Shown one piece after another: positions 28,914 to 37,347 of a stretch of DNA of 64,000 bases. Location: the NCBI GenBank assembly GCA_035285125.1, contig JAYKHR010000048.1, positions 1 through 64,000 of the forward strand, written 5' to 3'. Position 1 is the stretch's first letter. Every line of letters starts with the position of its first letter. The position numbers and the translations under genes are program-made. The notes beneath the pieces were generated by a model that was not told the origin of the DNA, did not search any database, and worked only from the letters and a program-made list of their open reading frames with translations. Origin of the DNA: Candidatus Sericytochromatia bacterium (GTDB lineage: Bacteria > Cyanobacteriota > Sericytochromatia > S15B-MN24 > JAQBPE01).

Positions 28914-29705
28914 ATGATCCACGGCATCTGGACCGCCGCCACCGGCATGCAAGCCCAGCAGATGCGCATCGACACGATCGCCAACAACCTGGCGAACGTC
29001 AACACCACGGGGTTCAAGAAGTCGATGGTCGACTTCCAGGACCTCGTCTACCAGACACTCAACCAGCCGGGCCTGGAGTACGCAGGCTACCAGGTCGGTC
29101 GCGGCGTGCGCCCCATCGCCTCGACCAAGCTCTACTCTCACGGCTCGTTCCAGGTCACCAACAACCCGTTGCACCTGGCAATCGACAACTCCAGCAACGC
29201 CATCGGCCTCGTGAACGACTTCTTCGTCGTGCAGGAACGGGACGGCACGCTGGCCTTCACCCGCGACGGCTCGTTCAAGCTCGACGCCAACCGCCGCATC
29301 GTGACCTCCACGGGCCTCGTGCTCTCGCCCGAGATCCAGATCCCCGTGGACGCCACGGACATCCACATCCGCGAGGACGGGCTCGTGCTGGTGCGGCGCC
29401 CCCTGAGCGCCCAGCAGGAGGAGGTCGGCGTGATGCAGATCGCGCGCTTCCCGAACCCCGCCGGCCTCGCCGCCGTGGGCAACAACCTGCTCAAGCAAAC
29501 GCCGGCCTCTGGGGAACCCACCGTCGGCAGGCCTGCCCTGGAGGGCCGCGGCACGCTCAAGCAGGGCATGCTCGAGACCTCCAACGTGGACATCGTGACG
29601 GAGATGGTCACGATGATCGCGACGCAGAAGTCCTACGACACGGCGTCAAAGGCCATCCAGGTGTCCGACAAGATGATGGACACGGCCAACCAGCTCTCGA
29701 AGTAG
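28914..29705 (+). CDS. flgG: Flagellar distal rod protein FlgG
   Basis: ANNLANVNTTGFKK, FQDLVYQ, TRDGSFK and LETSNVDIVTEMV. Confidence 0.93.
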   Translation: MIHGIWTAATGMQAQQMRIDTIANNLANVNTTGFKKSMVDFQDLVYQTLNQPGLEYAGYQVGRGVRPIASTKLYSHGSFQVTNNPLHLAIDNSSNAIGLVNDFFVVQERDGTLAFTRDGSFKLDANRRIVTSTGLVLSPEIQIPVDATDIHIREDGLVLVRRPLSAQQEEVGVMQIARFPNPAGLAAVGNNLLKQTPASGEPTVGRPALEGRGTLKQGMLETSNVDIVTEMVTMIATQKSYDTASKAIQVSDKMMDTANQLSK

Positions 29706-29883
29706 CCGCCTCGCCCTGGCGGCCCCCTAAAAAAAGCCCGCCCGGCTGGTCAAGGCGCGACGCCAACGTGTCGATGCTCTGGCCAGCCGCGGCGCGCCGG
29801 CGGGACCGTGCGGCCCACCGCCTGGACCGTAACGGGGCTCACCGACGCCGAGGGCGACCGCCCGTACCGTTGGGGATACGCTT

Positions 29884-30591
29884 ATGTCACCACGCTTCCT
29901 GGTCGCCCTATTGCTGCTCTGGCCCACCGCTGCGTGGGCAGGCCCATCCCTGCGCGAGCAGGAGGTCCTCGACGCCGTGCGCGCCGCCGCTGTGGCCCGG
30001 CTGCAGGTGCCTAGTCGGGACGTGCACGTGACGTGGCGGGACATGGCCGTCGAGAACCTGGTGCCCGCCCTCCCGGGCGGGCGCGTCTCCCTCCGGGTGG
30101 CGCCGACGGCGAGCCTGGCTGGGGCCGGCAACGTGCCCGTGCAGGTGCTGGTCGACGGCCAGCGCTGGCGGACGATCTTCCCCCGTCTCGAGGTGCAGGT
30201 GGTGCAGCCCGTGCTCGTCAGCCGCGTGCGGATCGGGCGGGGCAGCCAGGCCCAGGCCTCCGACGTGGAGGCCGTCCGCCAGCCCCTCGCGGGCCACGCC
30301 CAGCCCCCCCTCACGCACCTGGAGCAGGTCCTCGGCAACGAGGCCACGCGAGACATTGCGCCCGGCACGGTGCTGACGGCGGGCATGTTCCGGGTGACGC
30401 CGCTCGTGCGCCCTGGCGAGGACGTCGCCGTCAGCGTGGTGGACGGGGGCCTCACCGTCCTGGCCCGCGGCCAGGCGCGCTCCGCCGGCGGGAACGGCCA
30501 GCTCGTGAAGGTCGTCAACCCGGAGACCCGCCACGAGTTCACGGCCCGCGTCGTGGGCCCCGGCAAGGTGGAGGTTCGATTGGAAGAATGA
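29884..30591 (+). CDS. flgA: P-ring assembly chaperone FlgA
   Basis: Signal peptide and SAF-like region; C-terminal LVRPGEDV...GQLVKVVN...ARVVGPGKVEV; lies between flgG and flgH. Confidence 0.9.
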   Translation: MSPRFLVALLLLWPTAAWAGPSLREQEVLDAVRAAAVARLQVPSRDVHVTWRDMAVENLVPALPGGRVSLRVAPTASLAGAGNVPVQVLVDGQRWRTIFPRLEVQVVQPVLVSRVRIGRGSQAQASDVEAVRQPLAGHAQPPLTHLEQVLGNEATRDIAPGTVLTAGMFRVTPLVRPGEDVAVSVVDGGLTVLARGQARSAGGNGQLVKVVNPETRHEFTARVVGPGKVEVRLEE

Positions 30592-31178
30592 TGCGCATCC
30601 TCACCGCCACGGCCCTTTCCCTGGTGCTGCTTCCCGCCGGCCCTGCCCGCGCGGACTCGATCTACGCGGACGGCCCCAACGAGAACCTGACCAGCTTCGC
30701 CCGGCCCTTCCTCGGGGTTGGCAACCTCATCACGATCGTGGTCACCGAGCGCACGATCGCCGAGTCGAGCGCCCTCACCAACCGCCGCAAGGACGGCCGC
30801 GTGCGGACGGACTTCGACTTCGGCGGCCTCATTCCGGGCCTCGTGAGCAACTCGACGGACATCCGGGGCCGCGACGACTTCCAGGGCGAGGGCCAGACAA
30901 GCCGCAACGGTCGCCTGCAGATGGACGTGACGGCGCGCATCGAGGAGGTGCTTCCCAACGGGACCCTCCGCATCGTGGGCACCAAGCACATCCGCGTCAA
31001 CGACGAGGAGACGGACATCGTGATTCGCGGCATCGTCCGCCCGATGGACATCTCGGCCGACAACCGCATCGACAGCAGCCGCGTCGCGGACGCGAGCGTG
31101 GACGTGAAGGGCTCCGGCCCCGCGACGGCCAAGGCCACGCCCGGGCTGCTGACGCGCCTGTTCAACTGGCTGTGGTGA
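30588..31178 (+). CDS. flgH: Flagellar L-ring protein
   Basis: VGNLITIVVTE, EVLPNGTLRIVG, IRGIVRPMDISADNRIDS and GLLTRLFNWLW; ATG overlaps the flgA stop. Confidence 0.92.
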   Translation: MMRILTATALSLVLLPAGPARADSIYADGPNENLTSFARPFLGVGNLITIVVTERTIAESSALTNRRKDGRVRTDFDFGGLIPGLVSNSTDIRGRDDFQGEGQTSRNGRLQMDVTARIEEVLPNGTLRIVGTKHIRVNDEETDIVIRGIVRPMDISADNRIDSSRVADASVDVKGSGPATAKATPGLLTRLFNWLW

Positions 31179-31204
31179 GCCTCATGAAGCAAGGAGCATC
31201 CGCC

Positions 31205-32341
31205 GTGCACACGCGTGTCGCCACCCTCGTCGCCTGCCTGGGGCTCGTCATCGGCGTGCCCGGGGTGGCCCGCGCCGAGATCGTCACGCAAGGGACGGAC
31301 GTCCGCGTGAAGGACATCGCCACCCTGCAGGGCGCGCGCCCGAACCAGGTGACAGGGCTGGGCCTCGTGGTCGGCTTGCAAGGCACGGGCGACAGCCAGC
31401 AGGTCCGCATCACCAACCGCGCGATCGAGAACGTCATCCAGCGCCTGAACAACATCCCGCCGCAGGAGCTGCTGAACTCGCTGCAGACGCGCAACGCCGC
31501 GCTCGTCACGGTGACGGCCACGCTGCCGCCCTTCTTGAAGCCCGGACAGCAGGTGGACGTGACGGTCGCGAGCATCGGTGACGCCCGCGCCATCACCAAC
31601 GGCGTGCTGCTGCAGACCCCCCTCAAGGCGGCCGACGGCCGCACCTACGTCGTGGCGCAGGGGGCCATCTCGACGGGCGGCTTCATCTCGACGGCCTCAG
31701 GCTCGCAGACCACCAAGAACAACGTCGTGGTGGGGCGGGTGCCCAACGGGGGCATCGTGGAGCGAGAGGTCCCGGTGACCGTCGTGGACAACACGGGCTA
31801 CATGCACATCAACCTCGTCAACCCCGACTACGCAACGTCGGCCCGCATGGCGGACGCCATCAACAAGAGCGCCCTCGCAGTGGCCTCCGTGCTCGACGCC
31901 GGCACCGTGCGCTGCTACGTCACGAGCACCTACCGGGACCGCGTGCCTGAACTCATCGCCCGCGTCGAGCAGCTGACGCTCAGGCCCGATCACGTCGCCA
32001 AGGTCGTGATCGAGGAACGCACCGGCACCGTGTTGATGGGCACCAACACGCGCATCGATCCCGTCGCCATCTCCCAGGGCGCGATCATCGTGAAGGTGGA
32101 GACCAAGGCCAACGTCTCTCAGCCGGCGCCCTTCAGCCAGGGCCAGACGGTCGTGACCCAGACCTCCAACATCAACGTGATGGAGAAGCCTGCCCAGACG
32201 GTGGTCCTGGAATCCGGCACCACGCTGGGGCAGCTGGTCAAGGCGCTCAACGCCCTGGGCGTGAAGCCGCGCGAGCTCATCTCGATCGTCCAGAACATCA
32301 AGGCCTCGGGGGCGCTGAACGCCCACCTCGAAATCATCTGA
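31205..32341 (+). CDS. flgI: Flagellar P-ring protein
   Basis: RVKDIATLQGARPNQVTGLGLVVGLQGTGD, KVVIEERTGTV and GALNAHLEII; start chosen after AAGGAG. Confidence 0.96.
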   Translation: MHTRVATLVACLGLVIGVPGVARAEIVTQGTDVRVKDIATLQGARPNQVTGLGLVVGLQGTGDSQQVRITNRAIENVIQRLNNIPPQELLNSLQTRNAALVTVTATLPPFLKPGQQVDVTVASIGDARAITNGVLLQTPLKAADGRTYVVAQGAISTGGFISTASGSQTTKNNVVVGRVPNGGIVEREVPVTVVDNTGYMHINLVNPDYATSARMADAINKSALAVASVLDAGTVRCYVTSTYRDRVPELIARVEQLTLRPDHVAKVVIEERTGTVLMGTNTRIDPVAISQGAIIVKVETKANVSQPAPFSQGQTVVTQTSNINVMEKPAQTVVLESGTTLGQLVKALNALGVKPRELISIVQNIKASGALNAHLEII

Positions 32342-32393
32342 GACACGCGCCCAAACGAAGGGGCGTGGGGTAAAAAGGGAACAAGGAGCCTGC

Positions 32394-32729
32394 ATGCAGC
32401 CCATCGTCACCCCGACCTTCCTGCCAATTCCCCAGCCTGGGCTGCAGAAGCCTACGGCGGCGGCGCGGAAGGCCGAGCTCGAGAAGGCCGTCGACGACTT
32501 CGCCACCGTGCTGTTCTCGCAGATGTTTCGCGAGATGCGCGAAGCTGGCGAGGCCCAGGACGGAGATGCCGTCTTCGGAGGCGGAGACACAGGGGTCCTG
32601 ATGCACCTGATGGACGAGCAACTGGGCAAGTCGTACGTCGCGAGCGGTGGCAGCACGCTCCGCGACGCGATGCTGCGCCAACTCACCAGCCGTGAGGGCT
32701 CGCCGACAGCCGCGGGGGGCGCGCCGTGA
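32394..32729 (+). CDS. flgJ: Single-domain FlgJ rod-binding protein (no muramidase domain)
   Basis: LEKAVDDFATVLFSQMFREMR...LMDEQLG...MLRQL; follows flgI. Confidence 0.82.
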   Translation: MQPIVTPTFLPIPQPGLQKPTAAARKAELEKAVDDFATVLFSQMFREMREAGEAQDGDAVFGGGDTGVLMHLMDEQLGKSYVASGGSTLRDAMLRQLTSREGSPTAAGGAP

Positions 32730-33451
32730 CGACGAAGAAGCCCGAAACGCAGACTCGGGCCCGCGGAAACGCGGGGTTTGACGACGAGCAGATCAAGAAG
32801 TACCTGCCGATGGTGCGCTCGATCGCGCGCCGAATCTCGACGAAGCTGCCGCGCCACTACGACATGGAAGACCTGATCTCGGACGGGGTCATGGGCCTGA
32901 TGGCGGCTGCCGACCGCTTCGACCCGGACCGAGGCGTCAAGTTCGAGACCTTCGCCACCTATTACATCAAAGGCGCCATCCTCGACAACCTGCCCAAGCT
33001 GCCCACCATTCCCAACAAGCAGCAGAAACCGGCCGAAGACGAGGTCATCCACAACGAGGACGAGGAGATCCAGACGGACGCGGTGGCCCTGACGAACAAG
33101 GTCACCCAGATCACCTACTCGTACATCCTCTCGCTCGACGCGCCCCAGGGCTCCAGCGACGACGGCGAAGACTTCAACCTGCTCAAGCAGCTCGGCAAGT
33201 CGGACACCGTGCAGCACGAGATGGAGCTCGAGGAGCTGCAGGGCATCCTGCGCCTCGCCATCGAGCAGCTCCCCATCCAAGAGCGCACCACCCTGCGCTA
33301 CTACTACTTCCACCACATGTCGTTCTCCGAGATTGGTCAGAAGCTCGGGCTGTCGGAGTCGTGGGTCAGCCGGATCCACCGCCGCGCCCTGGAGCAGCTG
33401 CGCCACAAGCTCGGTAAGAAGAAATCGATCGACGATTTCATCAGTTGGTGA
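32726..33451 (+). CDS. fliA: FliA/WhiG-family sigma factor (divergent region 2.4-3)
   Basis: YLPMVRSIA, EDLISDG, RFDPDRGVKFETFA, IKGAILD and SEIGQKLGLSESWVSRIH. Confidence 0.85.
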   Translation: MTTKKPETQTRARGNAGFDDEQIKKYLPMVRSIARRISTKLPRHYDMEDLISDGVMGLMAAADRFDPDRGVKFETFATYYIKGAILDNLPKLPTIPNKQQKPAEDEVIHNEDEEIQTDAVALTNKVTQITYSYILSLDAPQGSSDDGEDFNLLKQLGKSDTVQHEMELEELQGILRLAIEQLPIQERTTLRYYYFHHMSFSEIGQKLGLSESWVSRIHRRALEQLRHKLGKKKSIDDFISW

Positions 33452-33533
33452 TCGGCGCCACGGTCCCCAGGGCGACCGACGCGCGTTCATGACAATTACA
33501 TAACGTGGTCCTCGGTCTGGAAGGAGCTGCCCC

Positions 33534-33956
33534 GTGCACCTGACCTCCCTCACCATGACCGCCGTGGAGCGCTCGCTTGACGGGCTCGCGGCGCGTCAGG
33601 CGGCAATCTCGCACAACATCGCCAACATCTCGACGCCCGGCTACGTCAAGCGGGAGGTCGACTTCGAGGCTTCCCTGCTGGCTGCCCTCGACGAGGCCCA
33701 CCAGCCACCGAGCGCCGCCCACACCTTCCTGCAGGCGGATGGTGCCCCCGTCACATCTTTACATAACGACCCTTTGCTAACCTGGCAGCCGGTGACCTCA
33801 CAGTCGGCCGACGGCCCCCAACGCCTCGACGGCAACCGGGTGTCCATCGAGAAAGAGATGAGCGCCGTGGCAGCCAATGCCGGCAAGTACAACGCCGTGG
33901 CCGCGGTGATCGCGAAGGACTTCCAGCTGTTGAGGACCATCGCGCAGTCCAAGTAA
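33534..33956 (+). CDS. flgB: Flagellar proximal rod protein FlgB
   Basis: RQAAISHNIANISTPGY and RLDGNRVSIEKEM. Confidence 0.93.
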   Translation: MHLTSLTMTAVERSLDGLAARQAAISHNIANISTPGYVKREVDFEASLLAALDEAHQPPSAAHTFLQADGAPVTSLHNDPLLTWQPVTSQSADGPQRLDGNRVSIEKEMSAVAANAGKYNAVAAVIAKDFQLLRTIAQSK

Positions 33957-33993
33957 CCCTGGCTGCCCCCCCCCGTTGAGAGGAACGCGACCC

Positions 33994-34416
33994 GTGTCGA
34001 CCCTGTCGAACGTCCTGGACATCTCCGCCTCCGCGCTGAGTGCCAACCGCTTCTGGTTGGAGCGCATCTCCAACAACCTCGCCAACGCCACCACCACCCG
34101 GGGGCCGGACGGCGCCCCGTATCGCCGCGAAATCCCGATCTTCTCGGAGATCCTGCGGCAAGAGGTTGAGGGGGGCCAGGAGGTCCCGCTCGGCGTGCAG
34201 GCCACGGGGGTGGTCAAGGACAACTCGCCCTTCCCCCGCATCTACAACCCCGGCCACCCGCACGCGGACGCGCAGGGGTTCGTGACGCTGCCGAACGTCA
34301 ACGTCGTCACGGAAATGGTCGACATGATCACGGCCTCGCGCACCTACGAGGCCAACATCACCGTGTCCAGCGCAGCGAAGAACATGATGAGCAAGGCAAT
34401 CGAGATCGGGAAGTAG
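33994..34416 (+). CDS. flgC: Flagellar proximal rod protein FlgC
   Basis: ISASAL...SNNLANATTT, YNPGHPHAD and PNVNVVTEMVDMITASRTYEAN. Confidence 0.96.
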   Translation: MSTLSNVLDISASALSANRFWLERISNNLANATTTRGPDGAPYRREIPIFSEILRQEVEGGQEVPLGVQATGVVKDNSPFPRIYNPGHPHADAQGFVTLPNVNVVTEMVDMITASRTYEANITVSSAAKNMMSKAIEIGK

Positions 34417-34477
34417 GCGGCTCGCCTGCCCCATGACCCCGGCGCCCGGGGTCAGCCAGCCCCCGGAGGACCCCCGC

Positions 34478-34852
34478 ATGATCAACGGCATCTCGACGAA
34501 CCGCTCCCGCATCGACGCGTTCAAGACGTTCGAGGCAGAGTTCGCTTCGCCGCTCGAGCGGGCCGGCACCACGGCCTTCACGGAGGGCGTCACGCCCGTC
34601 GAGGGCCTCGAAGACCTCAGCCCGGCCGAAGGGCCGAGCTTCGGGCAGGTGTTGCGCGACGCCTTGGACAGCGTCGAGCGCGAGAAGGCCAAGGCCGAGG
34701 CCATCACCTTGGACTTCGCCACCGGCAAGCCCGTAGACATCCACACCATGATGATTCAGGTGGCCAAGGCGGACGTGATGATGCAGGTCACCTCCGCCGT
34801 CGTCACCAAGAGCGCGACCAGCCTCAACCAGTTGCTTCAGACCCAGGTCTAA
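34478..34852 (+). CDS. fliE: Hook-basal body protein FliE
   Basis: SFGQVLRDAL...FATGKPVDIHTMMIQVAKA...LLQTQV; lies between flgC and fliF. Confidence 0.88.
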   Translation: MINGISTNRSRIDAFKTFEAEFASPLERAGTTAFTEGVTPVEGLEDLSPAEGPSFGQVLRDALDSVEREKAKAEAITLDFATGKPVDIHTMMIQVAKADVMMQVTSAVVTKSATSLNQLLQTQV

Positions 34853-34904
34853 ACAGGGCCACCTCGGCCGGCCAGGGTCTTCGAGGGGATAGCGGAGACC
34901 AGCC

Positions 34905-36743
34905 TTGAACTTCTTTGCGGAACTGCCAGGCCAGGCGAAGGCCCTTATCGGCGTCCTCGCGACGCTCGTCGTCGTGCTCGCGGGCGTGGCGTTCATTCCT
35001 CGCGGTGGCGGGGCCGAGGCGGCCTCGACCGCGGCTGGCCCCGCCCCGGGCTACGTGGTGCTCTTCAGCAACCTGGAGCCCCGCGTCGCCGGGGATGCCG
35101 GCAAGGTGTTGCAGACGGCCCAGCTGCCCTTCCGCATCACCAAGGACGGCACCTCGCTGGAGGTCCCTGCGGAGCGGGCAGACGAGGCCCGCGTCAAGCT
35201 GGCTGCCGAGGGCATCCCCAAGGAGGGTGACCTCGGCTTCACGCAGATCTTTGGGGAGAAGCTCTCCTCGCTGGTTGCCACCGACTTCGAGAAGCGGGTG
35301 GCATTCAACCGCGCCCTGAACGGCGAGCTGTCCCGCATCATCCGCAAGATCGACGGCATCCAGGCGGCCTCCGTGATCGTGAACATGCCCGAGGAGCGTC
35401 TCTTCACCGAGGAGCGCAAGCCGACGACGGCCTCCGTCATGCTCAAGCAAGACCCGGCCAAGCGACTCGCCAAGCAGCAGGTCGAGGGCATCCAGCACCT
35501 GGTGGCCAGCTCGGTGCCAGGCCTCAAGACGAACAACGTCACGGTGGTCTCGGACACGGGCTCGCTGCTGTCCGACGGGATGACGGAGAACGCTGGCGAC
35601 GTCCAAGACCGGCTGGTGGCTAAGGCGCTCGATCGCCAGCTGATGCTGACGCACGAGCGGGAGGCCGCGATCGAGAGCAAGGTGCAGAGCCTCCTCGACA
35701 AGATCTTCGGGCCAGGCAAGAGCGTCGTGCGCGTGGCCGTCGACCTCGACTTCACGCAAAAGCGCACGAAGACCCGCCTGTTCGCCCCCCCGGCGGACGG
35801 CTCGGGCCGCTCGGCGCCCAGCTCCACCCAGAAGGTCACGGAGCGCACGACGGGCGGCAAGGCCGGCGGCACCAGCGGCGGGGTGCCTGGCACCTCGTCC
35901 AACCTGCCGCGCGTGCCGGGCTACCCCCTCGAAGAGGTGCCCTCAGGCGGGGCGACGGGCAGCCAGTACGAGCGCACGGCCGAGTCCACCCAGCACGGCA
36001 CCTACAGCATGAACGACACGCTGACGGAGGAAGAGGTCGGGACCGTCAAGCGGCTGTCCGTCACGGCGCTGATCCAGGGCCTTCCCGCAGAGCGGGTGCC
36101 GGCGATGATGCAGATTGTGGCCTCCACCTCCGGCGCCGACGTCGGCGGGCGCGGGGACCAGATCGTCGTGCAGCCGGTGGCCTTCGACACCTCCCAGACC
36201 GATATGCTGAAGCAGCTCCTCGAGCAGCAGGACGAGACCAAGAAGGCGAAGGGCCCCAAGAAGAAGGAGGGTGGCATCCCCCTCAGCTGGATCATCGGGG
36301 TCGCTGCGGCCTTCCTGGCACTGCTGCTGCTGATCGCGGTGTTCCGCCTCTCGAACCGCAAGGAAGACACCACCGACGTCCTCGTGGACTCTCTCGGCGA
36401 CACGGGCATGCCCTCCAACTTCGACCCGAACGCCCTCGGGGCCTACGGGCCCACCGAGATGACGGGCCAGGTGCCCGGCGCCGGCGAGGAGGGTCTTTTC
36501 TTCTTCCTCGAGCAGGCGGACAGGGAGTCCGTGGCCGAGTTGCTCTCGCGGGAGCGCCCCGCCACGGCGGCGGGAATCCTGGCGATGATGAACCCGGGCA
36601 ACGCCGAGGATGTGCTGGCGGTGATGCCACCAGAGCTTCAGGAACAGATCTTCGCGAAGCTCCAGGAGGGCAGCCAGCTGCCCGCCTTCCAGGCCCGGAC
36701 GATCGCCACCAAGCTGCGTCGCGACCTCGGCGTGCCAGCCTGA
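34905..36743 (+). CDS. fliF: MS-ring protein FliF with a C-terminal FliG-middle-like domain
   Basis: Two TM helices; YVVLFSNL, RALNGELSRII and HLVASSVPGL. Tail FFLEQADRESVAELLSRERPATAAGILAMM. Confidence 0.93.
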   Translation: MNFFAELPGQAKALIGVLATLVVVLAGVAFIPRGGGAEAASTAAGPAPGYVVLFSNLEPRVAGDAGKVLQTAQLPFRITKDGTSLEVPAERADEARVKLAAEGIPKEGDLGFTQIFGEKLSSLVATDFEKRVAFNRALNGELSRIIRKIDGIQAASVIVNMPEERLFTEERKPTTASVMLKQDPAKRLAKQQVEGIQHLVASSVPGLKTNNVTVVSDTGSLLSDGMTENAGDVQDRLVAKALDRQLMLTHEREAAIESKVQSLLDKIFGPGKSVVRVAVDLDFTQKRTKTRLFAPPADGSGRSAPSSTQKVTERTTGGKAGGTSGGVPGTSSNLPRVPGYPLEEVPSGGATGSQYERTAESTQHGTYSMNDTLTEEEVGTVKRLSVTALIQGLPAERVPAMMQIVASTSGADVGGRGDQIVVQPVAFDTSQTDMLKQLLEQQDETKKAKGPKKKEGGIPLSWIIGVAAAFLALLLLIAVFRLSNRKEDTTDVLVDSLGDTGMPSNFDPNALGAYGPTEMTGQVPGAGEEGLFFFLEQADRESVAELLSRERPATAAGILAMMNPGNAEDVLAVMPPELQEQIFAKLQEGSQLPAFQARTIATKLRRDLGVPA

Positions 36744-36746
36744 CCC

Positions 36747-37160
36747 GTGGATCCTCTGTCGTTCGCTACCGGGGCCCTCACGGCCACCCTGGCCGTCACG
36801 CTGGCCAGGGTGGTCCGAGGCCTGCGGCTCGCGCAGCCGCCGAGGCCCCCCCAGGCGCCAGTCACGCAGGCCATCGACGTCGCCGGGCGCCCAGGCACCG
36901 CACCGCTGGCGTTCCTGGCCGGGGTGGCGGCCGACCACATCGCGTCGCGCCTGATGCGCGAGCCACCTTATCTGGCGGCCTACGTGCTGGAACAACTGGA
37001 GCCAGCGTTCGCCCACCAGGTGCTCGCCAGCCTCGGTGAGGTCCGACGGGGCGAGGTGCTGGAGCTCCTCAGGTCGGAACACCCGCTGAAGGTGTCGGGC
37101 GAGGCCTTCATCGCCCTGCTCGGCCGCCTCAGGCAGGCGGACGCCCCCCACCCGGCCTGA
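36747..37160 (+). CDS. Membrane-anchored FliG-middle-like protein
   Basis: Hydrophobic N-terminus, Pro linker, then PLAFLAGVAADHIASRLMREPPYLAAYVLEQLEPAFAHQVLASL. Confidence 0.65.
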   Translation: MDPLSFATGALTATLAVTLARVVRGLRLAQPPRPPQAPVTQAIDVAGRPGTAPLAFLAGVAADHIASRLMREPPYLAAYVLEQLEPAFAHQVLASLGEVRRGEVLELLRSEHPLKVSGEAFIALLGRLRQADAPHPA

Positions 37161-37347
37161 CAGCCCGAAAACCTCCTGATCGTTACACCACGCGGCGCGA
37201 TGACGTCTTATCGACCTTCCGGGCCTGGCGCTGGGGGTATACAACATGTGCGTCCGTCACACCTGATGGCGCCCCCGAGGGCGTACACTGGGCAAGATTA
37301 TGTCATTCAAGGCAGCCCCGAAGGCCGCCTGACCGAGGGCCCCCCCC

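Noticed and set aside
30033..30587. Arg-rich N-terminal extension of the flgH ORF
   Set aside because: It is an alternate frame of flgA. The real start with a signal peptide is at 30588.
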